Origin: the human T2T-CHM13v2.0 reference genome, Homo sapiens
Length of the DNA stretch: 64,000 nt
Reading direction: 5' to 3' (one strand)
Assembly: GCF_009914755.1 (NCBI RefSeq)
Contig: NC_060948.1
How positions within the stretch are numbered: the first letter of the stretch is position 1; each line of letters begins with the position of its first letter. The notes beneath the pieces are model-generated. The model made no database searches. It worked only from the letters and a program-made list of their open reading frames with translations, and was not told the DNA's origin. The position numbers were made by a program, and so were the translations under genes. Positions 57,513 through 64,000 of the stretch are shown here, piece by piece.

Positions 57513-57980
57513 TGTTAGGATTAAGCTTTACTCCAAGAGACCCAAAATACCAGTGGCTTTAAAAAGAAAATGTTGCTTTCCTCATTCATCTGGAGAAAAA
57601 AATTAAGTCTGGTATGCAATGCTGCTGTGTCAGTGATATTGACTCCTTCTATCTTTTTTTTGTTATATTGTGTGGTCTCAATTCTCGAGGTCATTCATGA
57701 TCCAAGGCAGCTGCTTCTGTTTCATTCATCCCACCTGGATTACAGTCTGCAAGAAAGAAAAAAAGGAAAAATAAGGGCAAAACTCCATCCTTTTAAGGTC
57801 ACTTTCAGAGAAGTCTACATGCTCACCTAGAATTTGTCTTAGCCATATGTAGTGCAAGATCAGCCCGAAATGAAATATTTATTTTTAGGCAGTCATGTGC
57901 CTTGCTGACAAGTAGAGGATATCAAACTATAAAAGAAGGGGAGAACAGATATTGATAGACAACTATCAATCTCTTACACA
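57513..57980 (-). mobile_element. Old MLT1 (J/K-like) LTR
   Basis: GAGACCCAAAATACCAGTGGCTTTAAAAAG…CTTAGCCATATGTAGTGCAAG…GGAGAACAGATATTG; diverged. Confidence 0.45.
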
Positions 57981-58057
57981 TGTATGACACGGTTAGCATT
58001 TCAATTCTGTGGGGAAAATGCAGTGATCATCAACCTTGAACATGCATCAGAATCACT

Positions 58058-58423
58058 CTCTCCCTTGCTGGCTTTTAAGAAGAAAGCTGCCATGTTGTGA
58101 GCTGTCTTATGGAGAGAGCCACATGGGAATAAACTGAAAGCATCCTCTGACTGAAAGTCAGAAAGAAATTGAAGCTCTTAGTCTAACAGCCTGCAAGAAA
58201 CTGCATATTGCTGAAAACCATATTAGTTTGAAATCAGACTCTTTCCCAGGTGAGCTTTCAGATGGGAACTCAGTCCTGGCCAACATCATGATTGCAGCCT
58301 TGCAGAACACCCAATAAAGCCATGACAAGAACCTTCACCAACAATAACTGAGAGATAATAAATATGTGTTGTTTTAAGTCACTAAGTGTTGGTAATATAG
58401 TTAGGTAGCAATAGAAAACTCTA
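58058..58423 (+). mobile_element. MLT1E-like LTR, 3' part
   Basis: CCCTTGCTGGCTTTTAAGAAGAAAGCTGCCATGTTGTGAG…GAGATAATAAATATGTGTTGTTTTAAGTCACTAAG…GCAATAGAAAACT. Confidence 0.7.
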
Positions 58424-58705
58424 TGCTAGATGTTAGTCATACTACTGCTATTTGAGGCCTAATTAGTTATTTAATATATTGTGTCAGCACCCATGGCTAT
58501 GTGTAACAAGGGAATTCATATATTTCTATAACCTCAAGTTTCCATAGAATATATTCCATGCAGACAACTTTCAGATATATAAACAAATTTATTCTCAATC
58601 TATTGCTTATTCATTCTTCTCCTAAGACAAGAAGGTCTCCTAATGGTAGATGGTATCCATTGGTCCATGGTTATTAATTGCATAGAACTAATGGCATATT
58701 CTACA

Positions 58706-58940
58706 CCTGCACTGTTTAATGTAATAGTCATATGGCAAACGTGGCTATTTATTTTTAAACCAGGTAAAACTAAATCAAATAAAAATTCAATTCTCTATTT
58801 ATACTAGACCTTTTTTCTGCACTCCATAGCCACAGGTATCAATGGACTCATTTCCTCATCAAGGCTAGTGGCTATCACATTGGAGACTGGAATTATGGGG
58901 CATTTTAATCATTATATAATTTTTTATAGTTCTGGTCTAT
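58706..58940 (-). mobile_element. MER3/MER33-like hAT-Charlie MITE
   Basis: GTGGCTATTTA…AAAAATTCAATTCTC…ATAGCCACA…GGCTAGTGGCTATCACATTGGA. Confidence 0.55.
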
Positions 58941-59231
58941 ACTTAGGAGGAGAGGAAAGAGGTATGTAGAGATCTGTAGTTTTCCTCTTATTGTCTGCAT
59001 TGGTAATAAAGCTGACATTTTCGTCAGTATCTTGTATACTGATACAATATTTTGTATCTAACTTTCAGTTGCTTTCCACCTTCGGGGGAAACAAGAATTT
59101 TCATGTAATGATCTCTTAAAATATGCTACTGTTCATTGGAACAAATATATAGCAAGATCCTTAAGTCTTACCGCATATAAAAGCAAGTGCCAAATGGGTT
59201 TAATACCTAATAAGAAACAGAATAATATAGA

Positions 59232-60075
59232 GTATTACATCTATTTTAAGATGCATAATTATTTTTCATATTATAACTCATTTGAAATAGAATGTATCTT
59301 ACAATCTAATGATGTCTTGTAATTGCTCACGGATAGATGGCAATCATGACATAGTTGCCATTGCCAACACAACTGTCAATTTGATTGTCATTTTGGGTAA
59401 AATAACTACATAGCTTCACTCCTTGAAATTTCATTCGGTAAATCATATAAAAACCACTTGATGATGAAATGAGTCCATTGATACCTACTGGTAAGACCAA
59501 GAAAAAGAACACATTAAAACTTACAGAATGGGTGCCTGAGTTTCCTAAGAAAATTAAGTAGATAATAGTGAAGTAACTGTTAATGACAAAGGGGTCAGTA
59601 TTATGTGGCTAAATAATAAATAAATAATAAATCCATGACTGTGAGTTGAAAAAAAAAAAGATTCAGAACAGTTGGACATTTGGTGTAAAGAAATTATAAC
59701 AGCATTTTTTTGAGACAGAATCTCACTCTGTCACCCAGGCTACAGTGCAGTGGCATGATTATGGCTCACTTAAACCTCATACTTCTGGGTTCAAAGGATT
59801 TTCCCACGTCAGCTTTCTGAGTAGCTGGGACTACAGGCACGTGCCTGCATGCTGGGGTACTTTAATCAATTTTCTCCTTATGTTTTTCTTTTCATGAATG
59901 TACAGGTGTACATTATAAAAACTATATCTAAATAAGTGTTTTAAAGTCTTTAATAAAGTAATAAATGATAAGAAAGCATTGTATCAGTTGGACTGCCAGT
60001 GCCATTTTCTTTCTTTGTGGTACACAAAATGAGATTAATCATAAAACTTATAGTATCTTAGACTAAAATATAAAA
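59232..60075 (+). mobile_element. MER104/Kanga-like TcMar-Tc2 DNA transposon remnant
   Basis: GTATTACATCTATTTTAAGATGCAT…TGAAATAGAATGTATCTTACAATC at the left end and …GTATCTTAGA… at the right end. Family assigned from memory. Confidence 0.45.
59705..59857 (-). mobile_element. Alu right monomer (FRAM or AluJ right arm)
   Basis: TTTTTTTGAGACAGAATCTCACTCTGTCACCCAGGCT…GTAGCTGGGACTACAGGCACG. Confidence 0.85.
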
Positions 60076-60780
60076 CATAACAATGATAATGATGGTAATA
60101 GATATAATAAGAGTACTAAGTATTAATAGTAGTAGATATAACAGTAAATAGTAATATTAACATTAGGAGGAAATTTAGTAAAATGTTTATATAAACTTAG
60201 GATAAGATTGAAGAGAATGATTAGGCCAGTAAGTTAATCCATAATGCATAAAGCATAATATGGAAATTTTGGTTACCTAAATAAATAGCATTTGGTAAAG
60301 ATACCATAAACAAAGACAAAATATGAAGAATGGACTGAGTAGAAATATTGGAAAAATGAATGACAGAGTAAGATTTAACAACACTAATACAGAGAGCTCC
60401 TACAAATTGAAGTGAAAAAAAAAACCAAATAACTGTTAAAATATTCAATTAAGAGGCATTCTTTAAAAAAACCAAAACTGTTCTTTTATTTACAAAGACC
60501 ATAATCTAGAAATTTCCTTCAGAGAGCAAAGTCCAAAGTCCTAGATAAAGTCTGAGTGCTGTTAGACACCCCAATCACAAGTAAGCAATAAAGGCCAGAT
60601 ACTACATATTTAAACAACCAATGTTTCTCAGTTTTAGGAAGAAAGCAAAAACACTGTTGTTCATTTGATAGGGACTAAAAGGGTGACAAAAGTCTTTTGC
60701 CAAAGACTTTACTACTTTACTAAATTTTTCAACTCACTGTAATTTTAAAAATAAAAAATAGTATAATATATATAGGGGAG

Positions 60781-61185
60781 TGTGGCAAGTTAAATATACC
60801 CACAGATTCTTTGATGCTACTGCCATTGAGAGGGAGATCTATAATACTGACTTTGAATTTGGGTGGATTCCCTAACTGCTTTGACCATTACAATACAACA
60901 GACGCTATGCTGTGCCAGATTCTAGGCCCAGTCCTTAAAAGATTGGCAGGCTCCACTTCCTGCCCAGCAGAACACTTGCCTGGAGCCCTGAAGTGCTACT
61001 CCTGTGCCATGGAGAAGACTCGCACAAGCTCTGAAATGATAGAAACAGCAAGTGAGCAAGCGAGTGAGCGAGAGAGAGAATAACTTAGATATGTGCAGCT
61101 TCTAGCCATTGCTGATATTTTGGACCCTCCAGAGATAACCAGCTGTTAGCTGAAAATCACTGAGTGACCTCAGTTGACATCATGT
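60781..61185 (+). mobile_element. MLT1F/G/H-like LTR, 5' part
   Basis: TGTGGCAAG…CCACAGATTCTTTGA…GCTGTGCCAGATTCTAGGCCCAGTCCTTAAAAGATTGGCAG…CCACTTCCTG. Confidence 0.6.
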
Positions 61186-61287
61186 CTCGGTAGAGAAACA
61201 CTTTTGTGAAATAGTCACTATTTCTGTGGATATTTATAGTGACCAGTAGGTCGCTATATCTCAGGGGGAAGCAGAGTTGTTGAATTT

Positions 61288-61802
61288 TGTATACACAATG
61301 GAATATTATTCAGCCATAAAAGAATAAAATCATGACATTGAAAATAAAATGGATGGAAGTGGAGGACATTATTTTAAGGAAAATAAGCCAGGCATAGAAA
61401 GACAAATATGTCATCACTCATACGTGGGAGTTAAAAAAAAAAAATGAACTCATGGAGATAAAGAGTAGAACGACAGTTACCAGAGGCTGCAAAGGGTAGC
61501 AGAGAAGGGGGGATAAAGTGGGGATGGCTAATGGGTATGAAAATACAGTTAGATGGAATGAATAAGATCTGGTATTCAGTAGCAAAATAGGGTGACTGTA
61601 GTTAACAGTAATATATTGTATAATTTAAAATAGCAAAAAGGGTAGAATTGGAATTTTCCTAACACAAATAAATGATAAATGCTTGAGATAATGCATACCC
61701 CAATTACCCTGATTTGGTCATTATATTCCTATATCAAAATATCACACTTACCCCATAAATATATATAACTATTATATACTCATAATAATAATTTAAAAAA
61801 AA
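61288..61802 (+). mobile_element. L1MA3/4-like 3' end with A-tail
   Basis: TATACACAATGGAATATTATTCAGCCATAAAA…GAACTCATGGAGATAAAGAGTAG…CCCCATAAATATATA…AAAAAAAA. Confidence 0.85.
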
Positions 61803-62175
61803 TGTTGGAAATGGGAAGGCTTTCCTAATTTTATTTTATTTGAAATACAAGCCCTAGGATGTATATTAATTCCCTGGAACTGCCATGTCTATTTGGGAAG
61901 AAAATGGGATTTTCCAAATTAATAGCACCTCATGTCTCATTTTCTTGTATAATACTGCTTAAAGAGAGCTTTTGTTTCTCAACTTCTAGATAGTCTGTAA
62001 AGCATGACCTCTGTAATAGTTTTATTGAAATGCTCAGTCTGAATTGAATCGTGGTGAAACAATTAGGTGTATCCATGTTGTAGGAATTCTAAAAAGTAAC
62101 TGCCCTGGACTCTTCAAGATGCCAAAAGACACGTACATGTGGAGGAACTATTTCTAATAAAAGGAGCCTAACAAC

Positions 62176-62536
62176 TGTCTTAGTCCATTTGGGCCACTCT
62201 AACAAAATACCAGAAACTGGGTGGTCTATAAATAACAGATATTTGTTTCTCAAAGTTCTAGAGACTGGAAAGCACAAGACTAAAGCTCCAGCATATTTAG
62301 CGTTTGGTGAGGTTCCACTTTCTGGTTGATAGACGGCACCATCTAGTTGTGTTCTCACATAGTGAAAGGAGCAAATGAACTCTCTTAGGCCTTTTACAAG
62401 CTTTTACACTAAAAGCACATGCGAGCTCTGACCTCATGACCTAATCACCTCCCAAAAGGCTCCACTTCCTAATACAATCACTTTGTGGGTTAGGATTTCA
62501 TCCTATTTGGGGGAGACAAACATTCAGAACAAAGCA
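62176..62536 (-). mobile_element. MLT1A0-like solo LTR
   Basis: TGTCTTAGTCCATTTGGG…ACAAACATTCAGAACAAAGCA; TSD ACAAC/AAAAC. Confidence 0.85.
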
Positions 62537-62590
62537 AAAACCAAGTGCAATGCCTGTTTATTGATTAGATTCTGGTTTGGGTGTGGGAGG

Positions 62591-63948
62591 TGACCAGGAC
62601 TATTTTCTTGACCAAACTTTAATGAGGCTGATCTGAGCTTACTTCTCAACTAGGAAGCCTTGTCCTTGGGCTGAAAAGCCCAGCTTTAGCAAATAATTGT
62701 GCTGAGTCAGCTTATTGATAATACCATTACCCTTGATACCTGTGGTATTATATATATACAGTGTGTGTGTATATATGTATTTTGTATGTGTGTGTGTATA
62801 TATATATATAAAGATTTTTTGTTTATGGTTCCTGGCTCATAATTCCCATAACCCTTGCTATAATTTGGGGACATTTTATGCCTCAGTAGCAAGCCTCGGA
62901 AAACAGATTCTGTCTTTCTGACCTTCCATTGCCCTCCCTCCACCTGCCCAAGGCAGGACTCTAGTCTAATTGTTGAGTCATAAGATCATTACTCCAGAGA
63001 GGGTCCTGCTTCATACCCTGGAGGAAGAAATGCTGCAAGAAGAGACCAGAGGAATCTGAAAAGACAGACCTTGCTGGGCTTCCCCACTCAGTCTATTAAT
63101 ATTAGATCAAAACCTTTTTGCCTAATTACATTTCTGCTTGGTTGTCACTCATGCCTATCCAATGAAGTCTCTATAAAAGGCCCAAGAGGACAGGGTTAGC
63201 AGAGCTCCCAGATAGCTGAACATATGGAGATTCCTGGGGGTGGTGCACCTGGGGAGGGCATGGAGGCTCAATGCCACTACCCACTATATCTTTCCCTATG
63301 TATCTCTTTGTGCCTATCCTTTGTAATATCCTTTATAATAAAATGGCAAACATAGATGTTTCCCTGAGTTCGGTGAGCTACCCTAGCAAATTAATCAAAC
63401 CCAAAGAGGAGATCCTGGGACCATCAACTTGAAGCTGATTAGTCAGAAGTTCCAGAGACTTGACTTGCTGCTGGTGTCTGAAGTGTGGGACAGTCTTGGG
63501 ATGGAGCAATCAACCTGTGGAACCTGATGCTATTTCCAGATAAATAGTGCAGGAATTGAATTGAAGGACACTCAGTTGGTGTCTGTTGCAGAACTGATGG
63601 CTTGCTTAAAATAGGAAGAACCACCCCTCAACCCATCGATATTTGGTCACAGAAGTCTTCTGTGTTTATTGTTGTGCTGAGAGAGCAGAGGAAAAACAGT
63701 TTGAGTTTTTTGCCACAATATCTCATCAAGTTTCTCTTCCCCTACCCTTGATATCTAATCAAATTCTTTTTAGTAATTTTCTATTCACTGACTCTCACCT
63801 TGCCCTTTGGCTGTGAATCCTCAGCTTCCCTTGCTGTATTTGAAGTTGAGCTCAGTTCTGTACTGAAATCTCTCCCGCTACTGCAATGGCTCAAATTAAA
63901 TATGTCTTGCCATTTTTAACAAATGTTCAGTACTATTTCCTTTTAATG
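62591..63948 (+). mobile_element. MER31-like LTR split by MER21
   Basis: TGACCAGGACTATTTTCTTGACCAAACTTTA…CCCTTGATACC, then resuming ATATCTCATCAAG…GAAGTTGAGCTCAGTTCT. Confidence 0.65.
62741..63717 (+). mobile_element. MER21 (B/C-like) solo LTR with an internal (TA/TG)n tract at 62749-62810
   Basis: TGTGG…GGTTCCTGGCTCATAA…TATCCTTTATAATAAA…TTTCCCTGAGTTC…TTGGTCACAGAAG…TTTGCCACA; TSD ATACC/ATATC. Confidence 0.75.
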
Positions 63949-64000
63949 GGTGGAGGGCAGCTCTACAGAATATTTTTGTGAATTTGAAGAAATTTTAACA

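Overview
Primate (very likely human) genomic DNA: AT-rich, gene-poor and mostly decayed transposable elements. The only host gene is the terminal coding exon (23296-23966, +) and ~4.3 kb 3' UTR (to ~28250) of the delta-1 protocadherin PCDH11. The C-terminal residues (…QTIVLC…QGTAL…HSSSL…QGANG…TTFAP…IMETHPL*) match my recollection of the Y-linked gametolog PCDH11Y (Yp11.2, X-transposed region) rather than PCDH11X (…IMEEHPL). Upstream lies the end of the last intron, with an ERV1 remnant, L1MA, THE1D, L1MB, AluSp and a near full-length L1PA15-17 inside an L1MC. Downstream is intergenic DNA with MLT2D, a two-LTR MLT1A, L2, a full-length Hsmar1 mariner, deeply nested L1/THE1/Alu/LTR22 elements, a twin-primed L1PA7/8 and MER21 inside MER31. 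I see no support for a novel multi-gene system; all other ORFs in the track are TE-derived or spurious. The points most worth checking are a probable Y-specific splice-acceptor shift, a 12-aa HSPP tandem repeat and altered C-terminus in PCDH11, a Pumilio/miR-92/rG4-rich TE-free 3' UTR, a full-length Hsmar1 with SETMAR-type TIRs, an LTR22 apparently nested inside an AluSc target-site duplication, and an unusually long (~50 bp) duplication flanking an L1MA. Repeat subfamily names and X/Y differences come from memory of consensus sequences and need RepeatMasker/Dfam and alignment confirmation.
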